A stretch of 61,395 nt of DNA, counting the filler, from Globobulimina sp. (taxonomy: Eukaryota), in assembly GCA_003354225.1 (NCBI GenBank). It is 16 parts of 16 records of this genome, joined end to end, with 100 filler letters (N's around TTAATTAATTAA, not from the genome) between each part and the next. Parts side by side here need not be neighbours in the genome. Positions count along the whole stretch, not along the records: positions 34,624 to 38,363 come from PIVH01002168.1; positions 38,464 to 42,203 come from PIVH01002169.1; positions 42,304 to 46,043 come from PIVH01002170.1; positions 46,144 to 49,881 come from PIVH01002171.1; 12 more parts are not named here. One strand, given 5' to 3'. Positions 35,414 through 47,951 of the stretch are shown here, one piece after another. Positions within the stretch are counted from its first letter, which is position 1. Every line of letters starts with the position of its first letter. The position numbers and the translations under genes were made by a program. The notes below the pieces were generated by a model. The model made no database searches, was not told the origin of the DNA, and saw only the letters and a program-made list of their open reading frames with translations.

Positions 35414-38363
35414 TCAGTAATGCTGTGCATCGGTAACCCATAATTGGGCATTATGGTAAACAAAGGAGCCATCAACAAACATTTTCTCCAATTCTTGAAA
35501 TCTAAGCGGAGATATTCGTAATGGATGGCCACGTTTTAACCATTTGTCTTCCTCGCCATGTTGGTCCAAATACAGTGAATGCCACAGACATCTCCGTTTA
35601 TGCGCCACCAATAAAATGGAGCCCATTTTCAAATGCACGACGCCGCCCAATCCGCCACCACATGACATCATATGATCATAGGTTTCGAAGGTATGCTGCT
35701 TGGAATTCTTACAGCAATCCCCACGGAAACATATCAAACGATGACAGGTCAGACACAAACCAGCCTCACTCGGCACCCTTTGACATCGATTACATTTCTT
35801 ATATAAAATGGTTGTATATAATGTTTGATACAAAGACGGCAATCGTTTCAACATAAATGGTAACGGACTCATTGGCGCACGAAATATGCCCAATAATTCT
35901 GGAGGAATAAATTTGTCCCAATACGGATTCTCACAAAATAATAACTGCGATTGTTGCAAACCTGATAATCGACACACATTCACAATATGTTTGTCGCTGT
36001 ATGGAGTCCCTAAATGTGTCGCATTCCATTTCTTATTCAATATATTAAATATTGATGGCAACAATAAATATCTGCTCCAGGTGCTATATTCAAATATGAT
36101 ACGCAATCTGCTCAATATCAATCCATCCGAATTCACCACCTTTCCTGAAGGCGTTACATTCATTGTAGACAGTCCATCTTTTTTAGAGCCTATCAATGAT
36201 AACATATCCGCTGAAAACTCCATTTTCTGCACAAAATCACTCGTCTTATACACCAATTTAAATATCTATATATTCATAATTCGATCGGTGAAATACACAT
36301 AATTATTCACAAAAATAGAACAATTGTTTCGTTATTTAATGGATCAAATATTAAGCAAACATATCAGCGATAAAGATGCTGTACAGACATTGTTATCACA
36401 CATCAAATTATCAAAATGTTGCTGCTGCACACAAACAAATGGGAAAACAAACTGTGTCGTTTGTGGCTCAGTATACTGCAACGAATGTTATTTGAATCAA
36501 AAAAATATTTCAAAATGTTCCATTTGTAACGAAGATGTGTGTAATGGCAAAAACAAGGAATATAATTGTTATTTAATCTGCAATCAATGCAATAAAAACG
36601 TATGTTTCCTGTGCTCGCATTTTTGTTTAATGTGTGGCGACGCGGAATGTTACAAATGTACCCCGTCATATCACCTTTGCAGGAAAAACAAACATGATTT
36701 ACATCACGAATTATGTCAATGTTATGTGTGCAAAACCATTGGATATTGTTCTCAATGTCTATCAAAATGCAAAAGCTGCGCACAGCCAATCTGCGACGAT
36801 TGTTGCTATTTTCATACCTGCCTTGGAGCCACATTTAGGAACATTTATTGTCAAAATTGCAAAGAAAAAGAATGTATAAAATGCAAACTGTGCCAGAAAA
36901 TAATCTAAAAAAACTTAACAATGTGCTTCATGATCGCCAAATGCCGCAACAGCGGCAAACAAAACCATTGTATCGAATTAAGAAACCATTTAGATTCACT
37001 TAATATTTTTTCTTCGCACCATTTTCCATCTTCGCCGCTGGGAATGTTTGCATTTGACTGATTTTTGCGTAACTCCGATCGCAAATATTTTTCATAACTT
37101 TTATGGCTCCGAATGTGCGCAGTGTGTCTATCAAACCTCTTTATATTCACATCGTGTATAAATCGTATAAAATGTGCTTTGCTTAAATGTTTTATGAATC
37201 GTAAACAGTGCGGGTTTGCATCGTTAAACGTCGCCCTGCTCCAACGGATTAAGAAGTAAATAATGCGGCCCATATACGTTAACAAAATGGTGAGACATAA
37301 TTGGTCAAATTTCTCCGCGACCACCGGCAAATACTCCCAATCCATACACAAAACACGCGTTGCTATTTCCAGCGGAGAAGTATCAAAAACCCAGCCGGTC
37401 GCGAAAAAACCGCGAATGATTCGATCTAATTGCACTGAATCTGCACACTTTGATTCTTTCTCATTATCGGCATGGTCATCGTGATTGTGATTAGATAAAA
37501 ATATAATAACTCTCGATAATAAATATAACGTTTCTAATCTGCTGTCATTTAAAAAGGATTTCTGCATTTTATACACATGCTCAGTTACTAATTTATAATC
37601 ATTTTCGTCCTCCACATTGCCATCGATAATGCCATGTAATGGCCGATATGAATCATACCTGCACAGAATTGAATTTATCAAATGTTTATAGCAAATAAAT
37701 AAATGTATATACCGTAAGGAGTTCTCCAGCAAACGTATGTTGAATAACAATGTGAAGCGCAGCCATTCAATGGATTTGTGCGAATTAGGTATCATTTGCA
37801 TGCCGGGCGAATATCGCGTTATATTTGAGATTAACTGGTCGATGGAATCGCGAATCAGAGCCGGCATCTCTGCAATTCTCTGTTTTTTGTGTGCGCCAAC
37901 ATACATATTCGCCAATTCGTGCATCGTTGGCAAACTCGAGGAAGTCACCAAATTATTTTTATTTTTTATATTGCCCAATACCTGGGACGAACGCTCATTT
38001 TCTGGCTGTTCTGTTTTTTTTATATTCGCGTCGGGGATACACAACGAAATGGGCAACAACGCATTGCCTAATCTCCTGCACAAAGGGCAGAAAAATTCGC
38101 GTTGTAAGTCCAATAAATGCAAATGTGGATGCATTTGCTGTGCGTTTTGTTGCGACATTTGATGCGCTAGAAATCTTTGATAACATTCAATGTGCAAACA
38201 ATGGCCGCACGACAACATTTGTACACCCCCATCCCCTTCGAAATTGATGGTACGATGTCGGTCCACATCGATATCCAATGAATACGCCGTATGGTAATAA
38301 TCTCTCGTCGTACATCGCATCGTTTTCTTCTCCACGTCCCCCTCACTGCCATTATCAACTTCC
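35414..38363 (-). CDS. UBR1/UBR2/PRT6-type N-recognin E3 ligase, C-terminal part (RING plus UBR C-terminal domain)
   Basis: SCGHCLHIEC, EFFCPLCRRLGNALLP, CLPLLR, LCLTC..C, SLYLDQHGEED..LKRG.PL. Introns 37659-37712 (in frame) and 36266-36919. Confidence 0.9.
36339..36908 (+). CDS. Cys-rich multi-CxxC zinc-binding protein nested antisense in the UBR intron
   Basis: About 190-aa intronless ORF with about 37 Cys, mostly in CxxC pairs, lying wholly within intron 36266-36919. Confidence 0.7.
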   Translation: MDQILSKHISDKDAVQTLLSHIKLSKCCCCTQTNGKTNCVVCGSVYCNECYLNQKNISKCSICNEDVCNGKNKEYNCYLICNQCNKNVCFLCSHFCLMCGDAECYKCTPSYHLCRKNKHDLHHELCQCYVCKTIGYCSQCLSKCKSCAQPICDDCCYFHTCLGATFRNIYCQNCKEKECIKCKLCQKII

Positions 38364-38737
38364 NNNNNNNNNNNNNNNNNNNNNNNNNNNNNNNNNNNNN
38401 NNNNNNNTTAATTAATTAANNNNNNNNNNNNNNNNNNNNNNNNNNNNNNNNNNNNNNNNNNNNTTCGTACTTTCTGTTTCAAAATCATAATTCATGGTAT
38501 TGAGAAACTCTTTCTAAACCCAACATGAACTTCGCATTCTTGTTCCTCTTGGGGATAATTTCTTTTAGGAAAGTTTTTCAGTAACATTATTCTTTGTCTT
38601 TCATGGCAGCATTGCCATAGTCCTAGGTCATAATCGGTCTTTTCAAATTTGTAGATGGTCATCGGTGATTATGAGTATCAGCACATTGAACGTTTATCAG
38701 TCCCCCACCTAACCAAATTATTTTTAATTGCCAAGAA

Positions 38738-39552
38738 TGAAGAACAGATCATACATCCGCATAGCCAGCAACAAAGCAAACAGAGATCTAGGCGATGTGG
38801 GCACTTTTACCACCGTCGAAACCGCGTATAAAATGCCTCGAGCAAGGCGAAGAAGAACAAAAGACAAAAAAAGACATTCCAATACCAAGCGCAAATACCA
38901 GCCAATATCAACCGCATTATCACCAATTAAATTTGATGAGCCATCAATAGTAAAAGCTTCCAGTTTGTCTGTTCACTCCGCTCCTTTTAAACCCCGAGCT
39001 ATTTCCCAGAGACCAGCACCCACCGCAACCGCAACAGCCACGGCCCTCCCTTTCCCTCTCCCTCTCCCTCTCCATACCCGTGAGCATTACCACAGAAACG
39101 GAACAAACGCAACCGGCCAAAAGCGAAGAAATGTTCCGTTTCATAATCCGATGAAAACTGCGCAAACTGTGCATTCAATGCCATCTGAAACACATGGAAT
39201 TGTGCGTTTTGTCCCGGAAATTGCAAATAAACCAATGAAGGCATCACCTGTTTTAACCGCGAGGGCGACCATGAAAATCAAGAGACATAGGCACAAGAAA
39301 CAGAGTGTTGGCAAACCGCCTGGTTTGAAAGCAATAGACGCAGAGAAGAATAATAATGATGCTGATGATGAGCGGAAAAGCATCAGTTTCTTAAACATGT
39401 TAGATAGCATAGACACAGATGGTATATTTAATGACATTGTAAATCACCAAAGAAATTATGATTTCCCAAAAAGTGCATCTGGCATATTTGTGTCAGACAT
39501 CTGGCAGCTTTCAGCATTTGATGACGATTCAAATTGGGATGTGGTTATTTAA
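38738..39552 (+). CDS. Hypothetical basic protein with TA/PL hexamer repeats
   Basis: About 270-aa open frame with coding (ACCGCA)n and (CCTCTC)n runs. No domain recognised. Confidence 0.45.
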
Positions 39553-39844
39553 TGAATTTGAATGCGTGCATTTGGATGAACTGACTGTGAGTCCTTTGCA
39601 TTTGAAGTGTGGTTTTGTGTGTTTTGATGTTCGTGTTCAGCGCTAGCTATTGGCGATGCTGTCAATTTAACAGCACTGCCTCGTTTGTGACCTGATGTTT
39701 TTTTGTTAAGTTTGAATGTTTTTACGCTATTATTTAATGGTTTTTATTGCTTTTATCGGGTTCAGGTTTTTAAGCTAACTTCGATGATTTAAAGATTTTC
39801 TTGCAGTGAGCAAGTCACAATCCTAGTTGACGCAGAGAAAGATA

Positions 39845-40222
39845 ATGTTACGGTGCTTAACGCATAGCAAACCAGGACTAATGAAGATATCTACGAGACA
39901 ATTTTCCGCAGTATATTTATGTGTTGAATTTCCAACAGCCATTCCATTTGAATCTGTTGATTGGAAGCAAATAAATAGTAAAATGAAAGAATTTAAGGGA
40001 TTGAAATCAAAGACGTGGCTTTCTGGAATTGATAATAATTTTGCAGGAGGATTTTATGAATTTGATACAAGACAAAATGCACAGAATTATATTGATAATT
40101 ATTTAATTGGCGTAGCTAAGAGTTTTGGAGTTGAGGGTGTTTTTAAAATGTATGATAAGGAAAGAACAAAGGATCCATCCATTGGAATGAATTCACCTTT
40201 TTTTCCCATTGAAAAAACATAA
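39845..40222 (+). CDS. YdhR-like putative monooxygenase with a mitochondrial presequence-like N-terminus
   Basis: GLKSKTWL...AGGFYEFDT..NAQNY...S..MNSPF, preceded by MLRCLTHSKPGLMKISTRQFS. Confidence 0.65.
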   Translation: MLRCLTHSKPGLMKISTRQFSAVYLCVEFPTAIPFESVDWKQINSKMKEFKGLKSKTWLSGIDNNFAGGFYEFDTRQNAQNYIDNYLIGVAKSFGVEGVFKMYDKERTKDPSIGMNSPFFPIEKT

Positions 40223-40375
40223 TGACCTTACACTCACAACACCGATTGATATATGTCTCTATAGTTTGTGTTTTCAGATAAATTGCTTATTTCATTAGAT
40301 ATTGAGATGGTGTCAGCCTTCATTTTTGATGTTTTTTTTTCATTTTTGTGCTTCACTCTCACGCTTACGTACATA

Positions 40376-41710
40376 ATGTCGACACGATCACAAGCAACAA
40401 AGACGAAATCACCACGCAAGAAAGCAGTAAATAACAACGAGGAAATTGATGAGAAAAAAGTTGAAAAAGAAAACAGTAGAAATTCTATAATAAAAATCAG
40501 AGAGGTACGACAAACCTGAAACGAATTTGTGGCAAATGAACATGCATGAAATATTTTGTATTTTTTTTTTTTGAAATTGTTTTTGCAGAATGCGTTTGGT
40601 GATGAAATATTATGCAAATTATATGAGAATAATAACGGATCAAACGTAGTATTCTCGCCATTCTGCATATTAATTGCATTAACAATTTGTATGAATGGGT
40701 CAAATAAAAATACATTAAAAGAAATCAGAAATGTAATACATCCAAACAGAAAGAATAAACAATTTACATTTAAAAACATCACCAACATTACAAATAAAAG
40801 AATGAATATTTGGAAATATTTTAATCAAAAATATAACGGTTCAAATAGCAAACCATTGATACAAATTATAAATAAATTGTACATTCAACAAAAATTCAAA
40901 GTGTTACCAAAATATGTTCTCGCGGTGGAAAGTGCCAATGTTGAATCAATTAATTTTAATAAAAACGCAACCAAAGTTATCAACGAATGGTGTAAAAAAA
41001 ATACTAATCATAAAATTAAAAAAATTGTAAGTGATGAAATGATGTTATCCGATATACAAATATTAATCGTAAATGCAATATATTTCAAAGGGAATTTTGT
41101 GAATAAATTTGGGAGAAATAATACAAAACAAAATGTGTCGTTTTATCACAATAATAAGAGAAAAATTGAAAAATGTAAAATGGAAATGATGCATTCAATA
41201 AAAGCACAATATTTTAAACAGGGAATAGATGATATTTTTGATGTTGTTAAGTTAGAATATAAACAGTCGGATTTATCATTAATTTTAGTGATTGACAATT
41301 ATTCAGAAACCAATCAAATATCATGTTTTAAATCAGATTATTTTTCATCATTAAAGCTTGGATCAAAGAAGAAATTGGATTTATTTGTTCCGAAATTTAA
41401 ATATGATTTTTGGACTGAACTAAATAAAGAATTATCAGCAATGGGCATTCATGATGCTTTTGATCGGAGTGCGGATTTTTCAAATATGACACAAGACGGA
41501 TTTTTTATACATATTTCATTTCTTATTCATAGAGCATTCATGGAAGTTAATGACGAAGGAACTGAACATATTACAGCAATAAATAAATGCAATAGAAATA
41601 AATCACCACAAAAGATTGTGATAATACGGTTTGATCATCCATTTACATTTTATATTTATGATGAAAAGAAGGAAATTGTTTTGTTTTCGGGAGTATTTGC
41701 TGGTAAATGA
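40376..41710 (+). CDS. Serpin (2 exons)
   Basis: NVVFSPFCI, INEWCKKNT..KI, VNAIYFKG, VPKFK, EVNDEGTE and FDHPF.F. Intron 40505-40588, phase 0. Confidence 0.92.
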
Positions 41711-42303
41711 CTTATTTAATTCTTTTTTTATTTTATTTCGACTTTCTTTTTTTATCAAATCGCTGTTTTGAATTGCTGGTTTTCTCAAAGTACTGAGCTC
41801 AAACTCAAAGTTCTAGTGATTTCACATATAAATAAAAAGTGCATCATATCCAACGATATGTCTTCAGATTGAATAGATCATAGAATTAATGACCTTACCC
41901 ATATAATGACAGCTATGAATTAAAGTTTAACTTAATTTGATGCTTTTTACCTTTTATATGCTGGTTAAAACAAGCATCATTATCAGGAACTTGTACATTG
42001 CAAACACCACACAATCTGCTTCCTCTTTTATCACATGTTTTCTTTTTTGATTTTATACGATTTTGACCACCATCGGTATCATTGGTGTGTTCCTTTTGTT
42101 TCGTTTCCGCATTTTGTGGTTGATAACGATTCGCTGCCTTAAACGTTTCAAATGTTATTGATTTCGTCTGTTTACTCTTAGGATATTTCCCTCCATCCTC
42201 AGANNNNNNNNNNNNNNNNNNNNNNNNNNNNNNNNNNNNNNNNNNNNTTAATTAATTAANNNNNNNNNNNNNNNNNNNNNNNNNNNNNNNNNNNNNNNNN
42301 NNN

Positions 42304-45300
42304 GTTCATTGGTAAATAGATCAAATAACATCAAAAATGGGACGGGCGGATTAGAGAAATATAATGACATCGATAACATTAATTTATTCCGAACAAATGT
42401 TGTGGATAAAATCCCCAATGAAATATTGGATGATTATGTAAATTTAATCGCAGATTATTATAAAATGATTGTAACAACAAAAGACCATCGAATTATTGAA
42501 CTGTATGAAAAATTATTAAACTTAGCACCTAAAATTATTTTTAACCAAAATAATCGCGGAAATGGTAAGAGCGACGATAATAAAAAAAATGCGACATTTC
42601 ATATGCAAAAAAAACTGAAAGCTTTTCGCGAATTGGATTATGAGCAAATAATTAAACATATCGCTTACACTGAGTCCGAAATGGAAAAAGTTAATAATTC
42701 CATTGAAAAAACTAAAAATAAAATCAAATCGATGACAAAAAAAGAAATTGAGATCAAAGTCGATAAATTAAGGCGTAAAAGAATAATAAAATACGCAAAA
42801 TTGAACGATTTAAGCAAAGCCTACAAGCAAACCGAGTATAATTTGGCAATGGAGATAACTGAGCAAAAAATCAAAAAGTGGCATAGTAAATTTATTAAAA
42901 TGAAAAAGCACAAAAAAAAGTTGGATTTTATCAACGGTACATATAAATTTATAAAAGTTGACAGTGAGAAATTATTATTAATCATAAATAAAATGAAAAA
43001 AGGCAGCACCGGTGGCCCGGACCAACAGTCAGCTTTTCATCACCAACAATTAGCAAATTATAACAATGAAAAATATATTAAATGGTTTGGCAAATATGTT
43101 GAGATGATATGTAATAACAAATTAAGCGAATTTCAAATATTAAATGTTATGACATCAAACGGTATACCTATTCCAAAGAAGGACCCCTTGGATCTTAGGC
43201 CCTTATTATTAAATAAAATAATTGTGAGAATTGCAAATACGTATTCTGTATTAACTGAAATTGAACAAATTGCCATAGTACAGTTAGCAAATCAGTATGG
43301 AATAAATAAAAAAAACGCACTTAGCATTATTGTCCATTCAATGGACAAATTTATAGAATATGCAGTCAAGAAAAATAATGATTATTTTGACAAAAAACGT
43401 ACAAATTTATTTTACGGCGTAGACGACGAGAAATATAATAATCAAATAAATGAAATGAATTCGGAGTTATACCAAAATAAAAAAGAAAAAATAAAAAAGA
43501 TATTACAAAGAAGTGAGTTTACGTTCGACGACGACAATTTTATAAATGACGAGATTTTAGATATGATTTTTTGGGAAAACGAAGATTTGGACAATATACA
43601 CGTTATAATGAAAGATGACTTAGCAAATTTTTTTAACCGCATACTACGTAAACCGTCCCTGGAAAATCTAAACCGCAGAGTTCCTAATTTATATCCTATT
43701 GCTTACGTAAATTATTCGATGCCCACAAAAGTTGTGTTTAATGGAAGCATACATGAACAGGAAGACGGTTTACATCAAGGAAATACCATTACGAGTGTCA
43801 TTGTGATAGTAAATGAGGCGGAAATTAATGAAATTGCTGTTGAATTACTGCGAAACAGCGAATTATTGAACAAGTTAGTTATTGAACTGAATTACATTGA
43901 CGATGCAAATAAAGGAGATGTTTTACGTAAATGTATATTAAACCATTTAATTAAAAAGAAAATTGGCCTTAAATTTGGCAATAAATTCAATAATAAGAAG
44001 ACAGAAATAATTCTAACACACAGCCAATCAATATCTCAAACCAATCAATATCTCACAAATAATAAATTTAAGATTTTGGAGAATGCAAATTTTGAGATGT
44101 TGGGAATTGAGCGCGGCAAAGGTAGATATAACAAAATGATGAAGAAAAAACTTGAAAAAATGAAAATTAAAATAGATATTATTAATAATATTGATAATAA
44201 TTGGTATAAATACAAATTATTGAATTCATGTGAAAAATTTGAAAATTTTAATTATTTTATATCATGTGGACGACGAAGGTAAATTTATAATTACTTCAGA
44301 TAATGATTGGTTGGTTAACGCCGACGAAGTGCATGAAAAGATTATAAAATCATCAATTAATATACCAATAAATGACGAAACCAAACAATTATTTTCGATT
44401 GGCAGAGGTTTTGGAGGTTTAGGCATTCGCAGTTTAACTAATTTGATAGCGCCCGCCTACATTTCTGGAATTCATAAAATCGTTATTTTGTTATGGAACG
44501 AGTTAAATATTGAATTATTACACAAAACAGGTGGCAAAATCAGAAAAAATGTGCAAAACGCAGTTAAGTGGAACAATTTGAATACGACAAAGAAATTTAA
44601 TATTGAGATCAAAGATGTTTTTTACGATTTGGATGAATTAAATATGTTTTCGTATGAATATGAAGACGAAACTATTGATTGTAATATAGAATTATTCAAA
44701 AATATGTTAAATAAAGCGAATCTAAACACAATTGAAGAGAATGAAAATACATTGAATGATAATGAGAGTATAATGGATGTTGATGAAAATTATGAGAATA
44801 ATGCAAGTTATGCACAAAATAATAAATTAAAAATGCGCTGCCTGACATACGGCATAGAAAATAGAATTTATCACAGTATCTTCGACAAAGCAAGCACTTC
44901 GCAGAGAATTATTATGAACGCGCGCAGATCAGCTAAATGCATGGCGTTTTTAAATAATATAATTGGAATTGATTGGTTGAGTGAGATGGAAATGAACGAC
45001 CAAGATTGGAATCTAATAATTAGGATATTATACGGCATATCATTGATAGATAAAAGAAAGAAAATTATATGTAACCAATGCCACGAACATGTACACGAAG
45101 AGAATGTATTAGAGCATGCTAATAAATGTAGATTTGGATCAAAAGCACATCATTATAGGCACGACAGCATCGCATATTATTTATATAAATTATTTGACAC
45201 AGAATTTGGTAATACATCCTAAGTAACGAGAAACCGGATATTTGGATTAATAATAGTATAGAATTTGAAAAAAATAAAATTAGTAAATTGTTATTGGACG

Positions 45301-45940
45301 TCGTGGTATCGGATATATTTAGTAATGAGAATAAGAGGAACATTGAGAATGAAAATATTGGACATTTTATGGCTGGAAAAATTGGTGAAAGAAATAAATT
45401 GGCAAATTATGAAAATAAATTTGAAGCTGACTTATTAAATGGATATAAATTTATACCTTTGGCATTTGAGAGCTTTGGAGGAATTAGTAAGAAAGTTAAG
45501 AAATTAATAAATTCAGCGTTATTATATAAAGCAGGCAGATTAAAACAGGATATTATGATATTAAAAAACAATTTTTACGCAAAATTCGCAATATTTATGA
45601 AGAAAAATATGATTGAATCATTAAGAAATCATTTTACAATTCAATAAATTCAACATAAGCAAGATATTAAATAATTATTTTTATTAAAGTAATTGCTCCG
45701 GATATTAACTTAATTCGTTTTTGATTTTTATGATTTAGATGTTTTGTTTGTGTTTATGTTAGCAACCAATCCAATAGTTGTTTTTATGTGTTCTTTTTGT
45801 GTGATTGGATTGCTTTTTTTATGTAATTATGACGAATTATTGTTTCGTTGTATTTACAAAAGTTTTATGAGGTATAGGTGGTGCCACTTATTTATTTTAA
45901 TTTGAGCACAAGATTTGGCTCGTTAAAGAAAAAAAAAAAA
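42304..45940 (+). mobile_element. CRE-clade-like non-LTR retrotransposon (RT, CCHC, restriction-like endonuclease) with two frameshifts, 3' UTR and poly(A)
   Basis: GGPD, IPK..LRPL, D..NFFN, GLHQG, YIDD, LG and GGLGIR. CNQC..H..KC..RHD, KPDI, LDV, K..Y and FIPLAFESFGG. A12 run at 45929-45940. Confidence 0.85.
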
Positions 45941-46171
45941 TGGAGAGATATGGCTACAATCATTTGCTCGGCGAAGTGGAACAGAAACGCGTTTGATACT
46001 GTATGCTGGCGCCGATTGTTCATATACACGGATGAGATCATATNNNNNNNNNNNNNNNNNNNNNNNNNNNNNNNNNNNNNNNNNNNNTTAATTAATTAAN
46101 NNNNNNNNNNNNNNNNNNNNNNNNNNNNNNNNNNNNNNNNNNNGACCGGATGACCGCATGTACAAAAATTG

Positions 46172-46873
46172 TTATTTAGAAGTACATCCCTTTCCACATA
46201 ATATTCTTATAACATTATACCATTCGTCTCTTTCCTTTCTGTCTTTGCATTTAAAAATCCAGTCCCGTTTACTAGTTACAACACGAAATTCTTGTTCTTT
46301 CTTCGATTTCCTCATCCTACAAATTGGGTATTTTTTAAAATCGATAAAGCCTTTGAGTTTATATTTCGCTCCATACGGTTTATTACTCTCTATATAATAT
46401 GTCAACGTTTTCAGAACTCCATTCAACTCAAAATATCGCCGTTTCCACGCTGTATGATAGCCACCGCGTTTCATCATCCATCCGTTTTTAAAAGAAGCCA
46501 TAAATTTCTCTTTTTCATTCACAAAATTTCCACACTCTGATTTCTGCTCAATTTCACAATCATTTTCTTGCTGCAAAATGCTAGTGCAAGAATTACAAAG
46601 TATGTAACCCTCTGGGTATTTACTGACATCGTGTGTACTGCAATGGTGTACATATTTATGTTCATCTAACCATGTTATACATTCGCTACATTTTAGATTT
46701 TGATCTGATTTGCATCCGTAGATGGACTCATGCTGAACTTTTATTATCTTTTTACCACAGGTGCAATTTATATTTATTGGCTTAGTTTTTGAGGTGTCTT
46801 TATCTTTGCTATGGTTTGATCCAACCGGAGCAATATTGACAGATAATACGGCGCCTATGATATCATCGGCCAT
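46172..46873 (-). CDS. PH-domain protein with Cys/His-rich N-terminal module
   Basis: KNGWMMKRGG..TAWKRRYFEL...LKGFIDF...RDWIFK....ERDEWYNVI. Confidence 0.85.
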   Translation of the reverse strand: MADDIIGAVLSVNIAPVGSNHSKDKDTSKTKPININCTCGKKIIKVQHESIYGCKSDQNLKCSECITWLDEHKYVHHCSTHDVSKYPEGYILCNSCTSILQQENDCEIEQKSECGNFVNEKEKFMASFKNGWMMKRGGYHTAWKRRYFELNGVLKTLTYYIESNKPYGAKYKLKGFIDFKKYPICRMRKSKKEQEFRVVTSKRDWIFKCKDRKERDEWYNVIRILCGKGCTSK

Positions 46874-46941
46874 GATGATGAAATGTTTGATTTGAAATCA
46901 GCTAAAAAACTCTAAGATGGCCTTGGATTGATTGAATATCA

Positions 46942-46976
46942 GCAAAAGTGATGCTCTACCACTGAGCTACGCACCC
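46942..46976 (-). pseudogene. 5' half of tRNA-Ala(UGC)
   Basis: GGGTGCG-TA-GCTC-AGTGGTA-GAGC-A-TCACT-TT-TGC gives the acceptor 5' strand, D-arm and anticodon. No 3' half follows. Confidence 0.7.
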
Positions 46977-47111
46977 TGGCTATAAGTAAAAGTTCATAAG
47001 ATTTTGCAGAAACATGCTGATGAAAATTTATTGGATTTATATGCTGATGATATTGATGGAAAGTTGAACATGCTGATTTTTTTATTAACCGTTATATTTT
47101 TCAAATTAAAA

Positions 47112-47732
47112 ATGCTTAGAAAAGTTTTTACTTCTAAATTTACCATCAGCGTTGCAACAGCAACAGTGGGGATATCAATTTTTTACCATGGATACTATCA
47201 ACCAAAGCACATAATCAAGTCAGCAGATGTAGCGAATTTATTGGAGGAAATATCTGCAGCAAAACATCAGAATAATCAAGAAATTACGTGCAACAAAATC
47301 GGAATAATTGTGTTTGATGGAGTTTGCAATATTTGTAATGCTGGAATCAAGTTTGTGGATAAATATGAAAAGAAAAACAGGAATAAATTATATGTTGCGT
47401 GGGCACAAAATAGCAATGTAACAAAACCATTATTAAAGAGTTTGAACATATCCGATCAATCAATTTATGATAGATTTGCATTCATTGAATATGATACGAC
47501 GCATAATACCGTGCAATTGTATCGTGCTTCAAGTGCTGCATTGCAAATAGCAACATATTTAAAATTCCCATTAAATTTATGTGTTGCCGGTATTATAATA
47601 CCTGAACCATTCAGAGATTGGATGTATGATTTGATTGCACGTAATCGATATCAATGGTTTGGACGGACTCATCAATGTCAAATTGATCAAACTACACAAA
47701 TTATGGAAAGATTTATTCATACAATTGAATAG
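47112..47732 (+). CDS. DCC1-like thiol-disulfide oxidoreductase (DUF393)
   Basis: VFDGVCNICN (DxxCxxC) and RDWMYDLIARNRYQWFG. Confidence 0.85.
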   Translation: MLRKVFTSKFTISVATATVGISIFYHGYYQPKHIIKSADVANLLEEISAAKHQNNQEITCNKIGIIVFDGVCNICNAGIKFVDKYEKKNRNKLYVAWAQNSNVTKPLLKSLNISDQSIYDRFAFIEYDTTHNTVQLYRASSAALQIATYLKFPLNLCVAGIIIPEPFRDWMYDLIARNRYQWFGRTHQCQIDQTTQIMERFIHTIE

Positions 47733-47951
47733 CACATGGTCATGGTATTAAACTTATAGTAGGAGTCGCAACATTATCTGACATCAATTTGATCAAACCG
47801 TGACAATATTACTCTGATGTTATAACAAAACAAACAAACTGATCCTTTATTTATTGCCATGCAAAGCAAGAGCGCTCCACGGAGTGTTTTGTTGTCGTAC
47901 AAAATAACTTGTTTCTATCTGAAAACTGTCAGCAGTCTAACTGTTTAAGTA

